A model generated the notes under the pieces. The model searched no databases, was not told the origin of the DNA, and saw nothing but the letters and a program-made list of their open reading frames with translations. From a bacterium (lineage in GTDB: Bacteria > UBA8248), in NCBI GenBank assembly GCA_965219955.1, contig OZ244799.1, positions 1,888,001 to 1,952,000 of the forward strand: DNA of 64,000 nucleotides, given 5' to 3'. Positions 52,263 through 61,937 of this stretch are shown piece by piece. Positions within the stretch are counted from its first letter, which is position 1. Every line of letters begins with the position of its first letter. Made by a program: the position numbers and the translations under genes.

Positions 52263-53045
52263 CTAAAGACGGGAATCCGTCAAGGGATCGGGTAGGCTCG
52301 CGTGCAAGTGGTCCTGTTCGAGTTCGGGTGGAACGACGCCCTTCAGTTTATCGATCCGGTCGGGGATTCTTTGTACGGTTTCGCGGAACTGCTTCACCGT
52401 CCAGTCGTTGGCGTAGACCTCGGTCACGTCGCTCGGACGGGCATGGTTGAACAGTCTTTTGGTTAGCTTCCTCGGCAGCATGAGTCTACGCTCGGTCACG
52501 GTGATGAAAGCGTTTCTCAGGCCGCGGAACCAGAACTTCACGCCGCCAGCCTTACCGATGCAGGTTTAGTGGATATTTAGTTCCTAGACGTACTCCGAGA
52601 CGTTCGAGGGGTAGGGGAACACCCATTCGCGCAGGTCCGCAGGCCCGGCGTCACAGTTCGCCCTTCGGCCGGAGCGCCAGGGTCTCCCCGAGCTGCTGGG
52701 TAACGGGAAACTCCAGAGGCTCCCCGCTCTTGGTCTCCTCTATGCTGAGGATCCGCCGCTCCATATCCACCTTTTCCCGGCGCAAAGATACGATCTCGCC
52801 CCGGCGCATAACGGTTTAGAGCTCAAACCACAGAAGGTCCCTGTGCACGGGGTCTCGCACTGACCCCTCGGTACCCGCGCGCCAGCGCGGCAGCACTTCT
52901 GCCGAGGAGGATATCATGCGCTGCTTCTTGGAGTGGTAGCGTTCGCCTCCGGCGAGCCACAGTTCGACCGGGTTTCTAAGGATCTCGTTATCGGCGTAGG
53001 GCCTTCTGTACACCGGACGATTATCGCGAAGATGCGCAATCACGT
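52263..53045 (-). pseudogene. Degenerate tyrosine integrase
   Basis: Fragments MRRGEIVSL...ETKSGEPL and FWFRGLRNAFITV...KRLFNHARPSDVTEVY, broken by stops and frameshifts. Confidence 0.75.
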
Positions 53046-53340
53046 GATGAAATCGATGAATATGAGCGCGGCCTCGCCGTGGGAGAACTTCTTGGTGTCG
53101 AGCCTGATATCGGGGATTTCGGGCGCCTCGCTCGGCGAATGGAGGTTTTTGAGATTTTTAAGCTCGCGCGCGTGAGTAGAGGCTATGGGGTCGCGCGATT
53201 CGCAAACCTTGAGCAGCGTGTCGATGAATATCTCGACGAACCCGCCTCGCCCACCATCCAGCGGGCCATGTCGCGTTCCGCCCGGAAGGTGGAGGCGAAC
53301 GAGGCCGGCACGATAAACCCGGCGTCGAGCATCGTTCCAG
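53040..53340 (-). pseudogene. Adenylyl-sulfate (APS) kinase C-terminal remnant
   Basis: DAGFIVPASFASTFRAERDMAR...LYSRARA...SEAPEIPDIRLDT resembles CysC (ISPFRAER...LYxKARAG...YEAP). Confidence 0.65.
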
Positions 53341-53543
53341 GCGAACTGTAAACGCGTCGCTTGACAAATGCATCAGACTGCAATTAGGGGATTAATCCCG
53401 TGCATGCAGGCACTCGGGGCCGGCAATGATGCGCCATGGCATGACAGGCACTGCCCTGCCAGGTATCATGAGTCTTCAGCTTGCTCTTCTATATCCAGAT
53501 TCATCGAAAGGCGGCATTGCGCACTGAATGGAGGGGGCGAATC

Positions 53544-54698
53544 GTGAGTGGCTCCGCGCACCGGGAAGTTCCGGAGATTACCCTTGGGGTGGAGGAAGAG
53601 CTGTTTCTCGTCGACCCCGACACCCGCGACCTTCTGGCCGAACCGGACCCGGGCATCCTCGCGGCCTGCGAGAGGAGGCGCGGCCCTCACAAGGTGGTGC
53701 CCGAATTCCTTCGCGCCCAACTCGAAACCAACACACGCGTCTGCGGCTCGGTGGCCGAGGCGTGCGAGGCGCTGCGCGAGACCCGGCGGGTCGTTATCGA
53801 GGCGGCCGAGGAGCACGGCGCGGCCGTGATGGCCGCCTCCACGCATCCTTTCGCGCAATGGCGAACGCAGCTGGTCACGCCGAAGGAGCGCTACGAGCGG
53901 TTCGCGGCCACCTATCAGGAGAGCTTCCGCCGGATCTGCCTGACCGCCATGCATGTCCACGCCGGCTTCGGCGACCCGGAATCGCGCATCCGGGTCATGA
54001 CGTCGCTGCGGAGGCACCTTCCCCTTTTCCACGCGCTGTCGACGTCCTCGCCGTTCTACGGCGGGGGCGAGACCGGCTTGAAATCCTGGCGGCTGAACCT
54101 CCTCGGCGTGCTTCCGCGCACCAGCATTCCCGGCCCGTTGCGCACCCGGGCGGAATACGACCGCATCGTGGAAGACTACCGGCGCATCGAGGTCATCAGG
54201 GACGGCAGCGAAGTGTGGTGGGACATCCGCCCCTCCCACGCTCACCCGACGATAGAGCTTCGCATATGCGATACCTGCCCGCGCCTCGAGGACGCCGCGA
54301 GCATCATCGCCCTCTACGCCTCCCTGATCCGGTGGCTGGCGCGCCTGGACCGCGAGGGCCGCCTCCCGCCCGAGCCGCCCACGGAGATTATCGCCGAGAA
54401 CCGCTGGCTCGCCCAGCGATACGGTGTGCTGGCCTTTCTGGGCGACATGGACCTCGGAGGGCGGGTGGACATCGAGGACTACGCAACGGAGCTGATCGGG
54501 AAACTCTCCCCCGACGCCCGGGCGCTGGCGTGCGAGGATGAAATGCGCCACGTGCTCACCATCATCCGGGAGGGCAGCAGTGCGGACCGGCAAGCCGATC
54601 ATTTCCGTCTTTGCCGCCTGAATGGCGACAACCGCGAAGAGGCCATGCGCTCCGTGGTGGATATGGTGCTCGCCGAAACCCGGGAGGGTGTCCTATGA
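53544..54698 (+). CDS. Carboxylate-amine/glutamate-cysteine ligase (GCS2/YbdK family)
   Basis: TLGVEEELFLVD, ASTHPF, MHVHAG, ALSTSSPF, WWDIRP, TIELRICD. Confidence 0.93.
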   Translation: MSGSAHREVPEITLGVEEELFLVDPDTRDLLAEPDPGILAACERRRGPHKVVPEFLRAQLETNTRVCGSVAEACEALRETRRVVIEAAEEHGAAVMAASTHPFAQWRTQLVTPKERYERFAATYQESFRRICLTAMHVHAGFGDPESRIRVMTSLRRHLPLFHALSTSSPFYGGGETGLKSWRLNLLGVLPRTSIPGPLRTRAEYDRIVEDYRRIEVIRDGSEVWWDIRPSHAHPTIELRICDTCPRLEDAASIIALYASLIRWLARLDREGRLPPEPPTEIIAENRWLAQRYGVLAFLGDMDLGGRVDIEDYATELIGKLSPDARALACEDEMRHVLTIIREGSSADRQADHFRLCRLNGDNREEAMRSVVDMVLAETREGVL

Positions 54699-55438
54699 AC
54701 TTTCGGACGGCTCGACATGAAATCAGGACCTCCACCAGAACGCACTCCGGTTTTCATTCCGATAGAAACGGACCCTCCGAAGGCCGAACCTTCGATGTCG
54801 ATGACGTGGGGAATATGTGCGTGTGAGCCCCGGATGCATTTGCTGATTTGGAAGGCGAGACGTATTCCGGCGAGTTGGTGAAGGTTTGGAAAACCGAACA
54901 ATCGGGCGCGTCCACCCCATCGAATACCGAACGGTAACGATTCGGCGGCAGGGTGATGGACATGCTGAAACTGGTGCCTGCATGAGGTATTGTCCGCAAG
55001 CAGTCAGACCAACTCAGTGCCCTAACCACTTCGGCAGTGCGAGGATATTCTGGTGGTACCGATGAATCTCACTGATCGTGGGGATATTGACCTCCATCGT
55101 TAACACTCATTCAGGAGAGTCCGTGGTCCGCTCTATCACCCCACCCAGCGAACGGACACATCGAAACACCTCACCAACACCTCCTATTGTAGAAGACAGG
55201 CCTAAGCCCGACAGGCTTATAGCCCAAATCGGTTTGAACAAGAGATGTTTGCTCGTCCTGTATGGGTTTCCCCCTGCTGATATTCGCCTTTGCAAACCCG
55301 CGCGCTTGGCGATGTGTCCCTTGACGCGAGGCCTTCGGAATCGCTAGTTTGAATTTGTAGCCTGTTCTACCTATTTCTACCGCCACCGAAATTTTTCATT
55401 TCTGCACGCAACGAGGTTCCGATCTCGAAGAGGGTGGG

Positions 55439-56561
55439 ATGAATATCAAAAAAAATTTGAGCCGTATCGCGCGTCGCAAGGGCGCCATGCAGGCTGAATC
55501 AGAAGACCGGCATGAGATTCCGCCTCCGGCGGCCATCGAACCGTTCGTTCCGAATACGACGGGAAATTCGGAAGCGAAGGGGTTTGGTTCGCACCAGGAA
55601 CTGGAATTGATCGCTTCCGGAGAGACTGCGCCAACCGATTCGGCGAACGGCGTGGACTCGGTTGATGGAGGCGATGCTCCCGCTCTGGAGGCATTGGTCG
55701 AGCCGGTCCCGGATGAGTCGCCGGATGCTCCCGAGCCGCCTCTTAAAGCAGCACCGTATGAGGAATATGCCCTCGAACTGGAGTTGCTGACTGAGACGGA
55801 ATCAAAAGCATCGCGGAAAGAAACGGGGTCGTCTCAGAACGATGAATTTGCGGCCCCGGAAGCAATCGATAACTTTGAGGAGGCGTCTGCGTCAGAGGCG
55901 GGAGTGCCACAGGAGACCGAGTCTGAGGCCATGGACGAAATCACTAAGGAGGAGGAACCCTTGGCGCCGGTCACGGATGAGTCGTCGTCGCAGAGTGATG
56001 CAGCGTCGTATGAGGAATATGGCCTCGAACTCGAGTCGCTGATCGAATCGGAATCAGAAGTCTCGCCGGAAGAGCCGGAACCGTCTCTGGATGAATCGTC
56101 TCTCGAAGAAGCCGCTGCCGAGGATAAGGAGATACTGACGGCGTCGGTTTTGCAAGATTCGCCGGATGAAGACGAACCGCCGCTCGTAGACGAAGAAGCA
56201 GACTCGGAGATAGCCGAAAGCGTCGCTGAAGCTACTGCACCTGAACCGGAAATCTCCAAGGAGAGTGAGCCTGCGGAAGATATCACGGAGGATGTTGGGG
56301 GATCCCCTCGCGGCTGCAGTGATACAAGACTCGCCGGATGAATCCCTGGAGCCCGCTCTCGCGGAGAACGGTATTTTCCCCCTCGTGCGGGATGCTCGCG
56401 GCACTTGGCGGTCCGGCAAGGGATTCAGCCGGGGGGAATTGCGCGAAGCGGGCCTGAGCCTCGCCGATGCCTCACGCCTGCATATCCGCTTTGACAAGCG
56501 TCGTCGCAACACGCACCCGGTGAACGTCGCATCCCTCGAACAAGCCAAGAGCGGCGTTTGA
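55439..56561 (+). CDS. Acidic repeat protein with a C-terminal ribosomal protein eL13 (L13e)-like domain, split by a +1 frameshift in a G5 run
   Basis: ORFs 55439..56341 and 56265..56561 join if one G is removed at 56297-56301. C-terminus PLVR...RSGKGFSRGELREAGLSLADASRLHIRFDKRRRNTHPVNVASL. Confidence 0.75.
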
Positions 56562-56590
56562 GGGGCATGAACCGGCATTGAAAGGAAGCA

Positions 56591-56760
56591 ATGATGAGCG
56601 AATTAGTATTGGAATTCAAAAATTATCACGGATCCACCGAATACGATGAGGAAAACAAAACCCGGCATGGCAAGGTTCTCCCCACGTACGGGATTTGATT
56701 CCCTGCGAAGGCGAAACCGCCAAAGATTTGAGAAGGCGTTTCAGGATTCGATGAACGAGC
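56591..56760 (+). pseudogene. HicB-family antitoxin remnant
   Basis: AAAGGA SD. LEFKNYHGSTEYDEENKTRHGKVL, then frameshifted RDLIPCEGETAKDL...AFQDSM. Confidence 0.65.
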
Positions 56761-56816
56761 ATGGGTGCGTCCATACAAGTTTGCGGTCCGCTCTATGACC
56801 TCACGACCGAATCTCC

Positions 56817-56837
56817 GGCCGGGTAGGCGGGGGCATT
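56817..56837 (-). repeat. Exact 21-nt copy of the group II intron 3' terminus
   Basis: ggccgggtaggcgggggcatt is identical to 61937..61957. Confidence 0.75.
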
Positions 56838-56885
56838 CCCGGAGGAGAGCGAACGAATACCCTTGATGGCGGATGGGTAAGACGT

Positions 56886-57737
56886 TCACTTTCTCGCGCC
56901 ATATGCGCCCATGAGATCGCTGGTTGAGAACGTGCCGCCGACTTCCTCATGGTTCGGCCCGTAAAATGTGCCGTTGATGTTTCCCCAATCGAAAGTCCCG
57001 TTATTTTCGACACTGCGGTTGCGCCATTCGATATTCTCGTAGCTCCCACCCGTGCTTCTGCCTCTGATATTCGTGAAGGAAACATCCATCCGGGCATCAA
57101 CGGCGGACGCCCTGAATTCGAGCCGGGCATCCCCTTCGAGATGCTCTCCCCTGTTCTCTTCTGACGAATCCACCCCCAGCATCACGCCCTCGTAGGTGGC
57201 CGATGTCGCCGGAACACTTCTTGACTTGTTTCCTGCAGACATCCCGAAGCCCATTTCGAAATGAATGCCTTGGATGGTGGTCTCACCCACGAATGCTCCG
57301 AAAAGATTGTGACCCATCCATGCGCCATAACCTTCGACATTCACATCGCCATCATCCATCGGAATGGTTTGGGATGCGCGGTATAATTCAACACCATTCC
57401 TGCCTGCGATTCCGGCGAGCTGAAAGTCATCCGAGATCGAATCTTCCGCATCGATAAAGTCTCCTATGACGAATCGACCTGAATACCCCAATTGTGCATT
57501 GCTCGTGACGCAACCATCGGGAGAGCAGGTGGTGTCAATGGGGAAATCCACCGCCGCTCCTTGTTGGTCTCGGCCATACAGGTACATATCGCTCATCAGC
57601 AATAGCGCATCGTGATTCAACTGGTTGAGTTTGTACGCATCAGGCATTATTTCAGGTTGTTGTGACATCCCGGAGCCGCCACCGCAACCGAGCGCAAGAA
57701 CCGCTACCAAGGAAATTGCCAGAATGTTCCTGATCAT
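56886..57737 (-). CDS. Lipoprotein with TbpB/fHbp-like barrel
   Basis: Lipobox ALGC-GGGS; SATYEGVMLG...GDARLEF...MDVSFTNI...GTFYGPNHEEVGGTF...GAYGA. Confidence 0.82.
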   Translation of the reverse strand: MIRNILAISLVAVLALGCGGGSGMSQQPEIMPDAYKLNQLNHDALLLMSDMYLYGRDQQGAAVDFPIDTTCSPDGCVTSNAQLGYSGRFVIGDFIDAEDSISDDFQLAGIAGRNGVELYRASQTIPMDDGDVNVEGYGAWMGHNLFGAFVGETTIQGIHFEMGFGMSAGNKSRSVPATSATYEGVMLGVDSSEENRGEHLEGDARLEFRASAVDARMDVSFTNIRGRSTGGSYENIEWRNRSVENNGTFDWGNINGTFYGPNHEEVGGTFSTSDLMGAYGARK

Positions 57738-57988
57738 TTTTTCATCGTCCCCTTATTGTGAGATATGTCCGTCCGGACCCGAAGACGGGCCTGTCTCCAA
57801 ACAACTCACGGGTTCCTGGTAAATTCCTTTCTGCTCCGACCATTCGGGAATCGTCTTTGTTGAAATTCCATTTATTCGAACGACATTCCGTGCCTGTATC
57901 TCTGGTAGCTACCCCACGCCGCGCAAACGGACAGCCAAGACGGGAGCGCATGTCAGCCCGCCGACGACCCATGAGACGGACGATCAAC

Positions 57989-60900
57989 CTAGAAGCGCAT
58001 CCTAAGAGTCACCCGCCCGGCGTATTCCGAATCGTCGGAACCCAGGCCATACACCGACACCTCGCCGCCGAGCGAGAAGCGGCCCTTGCGGTAGACGCCG
58101 CCCAGCCCGAACAGGAACCGCGTCTCGGGCGATTTCGATACGAGCCTCTCTCCCGACACGTCGACGGCAGTCTCCGCGTCGCCGAGTTTCTGTTCGAGGT
58201 CCACCGAACCCCGTAGCGAGAACATCCCTCCATCCCAGGTGCGCTCCATCTTGGCCACTAATCCGACGCCGCCCGCGAGGCGCCTCGCATCATCAATAGA
58301 GAATCGAGCGCCCGCCGAGTCGTTGAATTTGTCGATGGAAACTTCCGAGCGCGTCGCCCAGGCGCGGGGCGTGAGGTTCATCCGCTCGCTCATCTTGATA
58401 CGCCTGCCTGCTTCGAGGCTCATGAGTGTGCCGCGCGAGGCGGCGTCGCGCTTCAAGGTTCCCACATCCGCGTCGCCGGAGATGATGTCCACGTCGTAAT
58501 CCGTCAGCGAGAGGCTCCCGTTCGCGTAGTAGCCGCCCGCGCCCTTCCAGGAGGCGGCCAGCGACACGCCGGTTCCTTTCGCCTTGATGTCTCCGCCGCC
58601 TGTTGGTGCGGAAACGTCCGCAGAACCCTTCACTTGGAGCAACGATATCGAGCCGGTGAAATGCTCTCCCATTCCGATGTCCAGCCCGGCTTGCGCCGTG
58701 AAGCGATTGAAGTCGTATTCCGCGCCGACGCTCGCGCGCTCAGGCTCGTACGAGCCCCTGCCGCCGGAGAGCTTTGTCCACACCGGCGAGCCGGGCGAGC
58801 GTAACCGTTCCCCTTCAGGCGCCCCGCTGTTCAGGCGAAGTAAAAAGCCGGGCAGGGCCTCGTAGAGAGCCGCGCGTGGAGCGTAGACCTCGAGAAGGTT
58901 GCTCGAGTTGCGGGCTTCGATAACACCCGCGGCCAGCTCGCCGGCGGCCTGGTCGCCGTTCGTCAGAAAATCGGCCGCCGCATTGCCCAAGCCGCCGAAT
59001 ACATACTTAACGACCCGGCCGCCGCCTTTGTGAAAAACGGACACCGCTTTGCCTGAGCCGTCGAACACACGAATCGGCGGATTCATGCAGTCCGGCGGCG
59101 TGCCGACCTGCCCTTCCGGACAGGTGGGCGGCGTCTCGATGAAATCTCCGGCGGAAAAATCCCGGTCAGCGATGACGCCCGCAGCCGGTTCGCTGATAAC
59201 CCAGTTCACCGGGTTCGAGCCGATACGCTCCGTTACGGTAACCCCTTCCGCTCTTATCGTGACATTCCACGCCCCGTTGTGAGCCACAGCGTTGGGGACG
59301 ACGCCCTTCCCGCCATCGTGAAGCATAACCTCGTTGACCACGATGGTGGTCTCTCCCCCGTCGTTGATAATCCAGTCGTCCCCGATTACGTCACGCACCC
59401 GGCGGCCGTTCAGATTCATATCGACAAGCAGCCTGGGATCATTTCCCGCTGCATGGATTGCGACCCCATACTGCGTGCGTATCGTTCCCTCGGGTCCGAT
59501 GCAGACCTCGCCCCCGGCCGGGAGATAAACACCCGCCAAGCTGTACACGTCGCCGAATATGGGCCTGTCCACCACGACCTTTCGAGGCATCGGCGGAGGC
59601 GGCGGAGGCGGCGGTGGTGGAGGCGGCGGTGGTGGAGGCGGTGGTGGCGGCCGCGTCTCGTTGAAGTCCGCCGACGAGAAATCCCGGTCGGCGACGACGC
59701 CTGCGGCCGGTTCTGTGATCACCCAGTTCGCCGGGTCCGTGCGATCTACGGTGACGCCTTCTTCTCTCATACGGACGTTCCACGCCCCGTTGCGAGCTAC
59801 CGCGTCGGTGACCGTTTCGCCGGCGTGTAGCACGGTGCCGTTGACCGCGATGGTGGTCTCTCCCCCGTCGTTGATGATCCAGTCATCGCCGATGGCCTGC
59901 GACACCCGGCGGCCGGCGAGGTTCAGATCCACACGCAGCCTGGGTGGAATGGCCGGGAGCACGTTATCCGGGTCGGTATTGTCTTCCGCTACGGTGCCCG
60001 TGGCCAGGATCGCAATACCCGAGCCTGAGCTGATGCTGCCCTGTGGCCCGATGATCACTTTGCCGCCACCGGCAAGGTACACACCCTCTGCCGCACTGTT
60101 TATTGCCCCGTTGACCGTAACGGTCTGCTCGCGATAGCCCAATGCATCCAGGGACGCCGTAAGGAATGGCATGTTATTGCTGACTGCGCCCACCTGCACG
60201 CCACGTGCGCCCGCACCGCTCACATCGATCCTGCCACCCACCGTGACGTCCATGCTGCGTCCTGCAGCCGTCCCTCTATGATAGACCACGATGCCGTGAC
60301 CATTGGGACCCGTCGTGGTGATCCTGTTATTTGCTCCCGTGGCAAGGTTGACGTTGCCGGATCCAAAGTGCAGGCCGTAAATACCGTAAGAGTGGGTCCC
60401 GGCCGTAGTGATGGTGCCCTGCGTGTCGACATGGACGTCGCCGGTACCCTCATGAAGTCCGTAAATGCCGTGGGCCGAAGTAATGGCGTTATCCTGCGAG
60501 ATCAAACCCACACTTTCCGTGGTGATGGCGTAATCGCCTTTTATGTCGATCCGGCCCTCGCCGCTTGAGCTTGCATGATGCCAGCTGAGAACGCCATGTC
60601 CCTGTGTGCCTCTTGTCGTGATGCTGCAGGGAACTGCAGGGGAGTCCGTACAGACCAGATTGATCGCCTGGTCACCTGTACCGGAATGCTGGCTAATTAT
60701 GGCATAACCGATATCACCTCCGGTCATGATTGTAGTGTCCCTGAGCGTCATGTGGACATCGCCAGGCCCGCCCTCTCGCAAGGCAAAAAGGCCGTGCGAC
60801 CTGTTCGTCGTAACGGAAATCCCCTGGGTCAGGAGAGTGATGTTGTTTACCTGGTCTGCAGTGTAATTCTCTTTTGCGATGCGGACACCGATTCCTGCGG

Positions 60901-61489
60901 TATCAATCGTCACACCGCTCCTCAAGTCCACTTCAATGTGGCCATTGCCCCTATGCTGGGCAACCAGTCCCCAGGAAGTAGTATCTTGTGTGCGGATTCC
61001 GGTATCTTCCAATGTGAAGGTGAGGGTGCCTTCACCACTCAAGTGGGCCCAGACACCGTGTGTAACTCTGCCCGTCGTGTCGATCATCGAGCGGGTGGTT
61101 GTCATGCCTGTTGTGATACCGGCGATGCTGATATCCACATCCCCGCTGCCGAGATGCGTAGCCCTCACACCCGCGTTGGTGGTGCCGGTCCCAGTCAAGT
61201 CGATATCGATACCCATCGCATCGATGTCGATATTGTTGGTCGATGTTTCACTTTCTTCACATTCAATATGATTCCCTGTGCCAGGTGTGTTGCTGCATAC
61301 AGGCGCAGCCCGCACTTCGCCTTGGGCAAAGGCAACCAGCAGAACCGAGGCGCAAAGCCTGAGCAAGACCCGCCTCAGTTCACCGGCACACCTCCGCTTA
61401 CTCGCAAATATGAGCATATGCACAGCCTGTAACGTAGAGCGCCCCAGCAAGTCAGCGGAAGAGAGTCGTGGCATATGCCTGAAGGACAT
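57989..61489 (-). CDS. Autotransporter (type Va) adhesin-like protein
   Basis: Thr/Gly-rich beta-helix-like passenger, a duplicated module, a 20-Pro tract, linker YAPRAALYEALP, and a C-terminal barrel ending LRMRF. The start is uncertain (61489, 61417, or 61679 via the repeat). Confidence 0.92.
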   Translation of the reverse strand: MSFRHMPRLSSADLLGRSTLQAVHMLIFASKRRCAGELRRVLLRLCASVLLVAFAQGEVRAAPVCSNTPGTGNHIECEESETSTNNIDIDAMGIDIDLTGTGTTNAGVRATHLGSGDVDISIAGITTGMTTTRSMIDTTGRVTHGVWAHLSGEGTLTFTLEDTGIRTQDTTSWGLVAQHRGNGHIEVDLRSGVTIDTAGIGVRIAKENYTADQVNNITLLTQGISVTTNRSHGLFALREGGPGDVHMTLRDTTIMTGGDIGYAIISQHSGTGDQAINLVCTDSPAVPCSITTRGTQGHGVLSWHHASSSGEGRIDIKGDYAITTESVGLISQDNAITSAHGIYGLHEGTGDVHVDTQGTITTAGTHSYGIYGLHFGSGNVNLATGANNRITTTGPNGHGIVVYHRGTAAGRSMDVTVGGRIDVSGAGARGVQVGAVSNNMPFLTASLDALGYREQTVTVNGAINSAAEGVYLAGGGKVIIGPQGSISSGSGIAILATGTVAEDNTDPDNVLPAIPPRLRVDLNLAGRRVSQAIGDDWIINDGGETTIAVNGTVLHAGETVTDAVARNGAWNVRMREEGVTVDRTDPANWVITEPAAGVVADRDFSSADFNETRPPPPPPPPPPPPPPPPPPPPMPRKVVVDRPIFGDVYSLAGVYLPAGGEVCIGPEGTIRTQYGVAIHAAGNDPRLLVDMNLNGRRVRDVIGDDWIINDGGETTIVVNEVMLHDGGKGVVPNAVAHNGAWNVTIRAEGVTVTERIGSNPVNWVISEPAAGVIADRDFSAGDFIETPPTCPEGQVGTPPDCMNPPIRVFDGSGKAVSVFHKGGGRVVKYVFGGLGNAAADFLTNGDQAAGELAAGVIEARNSSNLLEVYAPRAALYEALPGFLLRLNSGAPEGERLRSPGSPVWTKLSGGRGSYEPERASVGAEYDFNRFTAQAGLDIGMGEHFTGSISLLQVKGSADVSAPTGGGDIKAKGTGVSLAASWKGAGGYYANGSLSLTDYDVDIISGDADVGTLKRDAASRGTLMSLEAGRRIKMSERMNLTPRAWATRSEVSIDKFNDSAGARFSIDDARRLAGGVGLVAKMERTWDGGMFSLRGSVDLEQKLGDAETAVDVSGERLVSKSPETRFLFGLGGVYRKGRFSLGGEVSVYGLGSDDSEYAGRVTLRMRF

Positions 61490-61679
61490 GCGATCTAATC
61501 TTGAGGCTTGAGGCTTGAGGCTTGAGGCTTGAGGCTTGAGGCTTGAGGCTTGAGGCTTGTTCCAAATTAGGTTCAGGACCCGCTGATGTCAAGTTTGTTT
61601 GAGTCTCAGTGCTCTTTGCGCCGGAACCATGAAACGCCGTTGAACCATCGCTCTCAGAAAGGGATAATTTCAAGTGCAT
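61452..61679 (-). CDS. Short upstream ORF crossing the heptamer repeat; the putative out-of-frame 5' end of the autotransporter
   Basis: ATG 61679; encodes QASSLKPQASSLKPQASSLK. It is offset from the autotransporter frame by 190 nt (1 mod 3). Confidence 0.5.
   Translation of the reverse strand: MHLKLSLSESDGSTAFHGSGAKSTETQTNLTSAGPEPNLEQASSLKPQASSLKPQASSLKIRSHVLQAYATTLFR
61500..61559. repeat. Simple sequence repeat (TTGAGGC)8
   Basis: Eight perfect 7-mers at 61501-61556 plus partial flanking units. Confidence 0.97.
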
Positions 61680-61937
61680 TCCGCCTATCGCTCTTTGAAG
61701 TTCAGTGAGAATTTACGCCCAAGGAGTCCTTCGGTAAAAAGGGCTGAAACTCCGCCTTGGGCATTTCTGGTGCGATGAATTTCGGGCGAATCTCCTGTTG
61801 AGTGAGGTTTTTCTTCTAGGTGGATGCCCTCACTCGGTAAAATCACGATGATAATAAAGTATATAAGGCAGAATTTTCAAGACTGATGGGGCAATGTTCT
61901 TCTCCCATGAGCCGTCCCTACCCGAGGACCTTGCATG

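Noticed and set aside
61500-61559. CRISPR or telomere-like array
   Set aside because: Perfect 7-mers without spacers and no cas genes; it is a simple sequence repeat.
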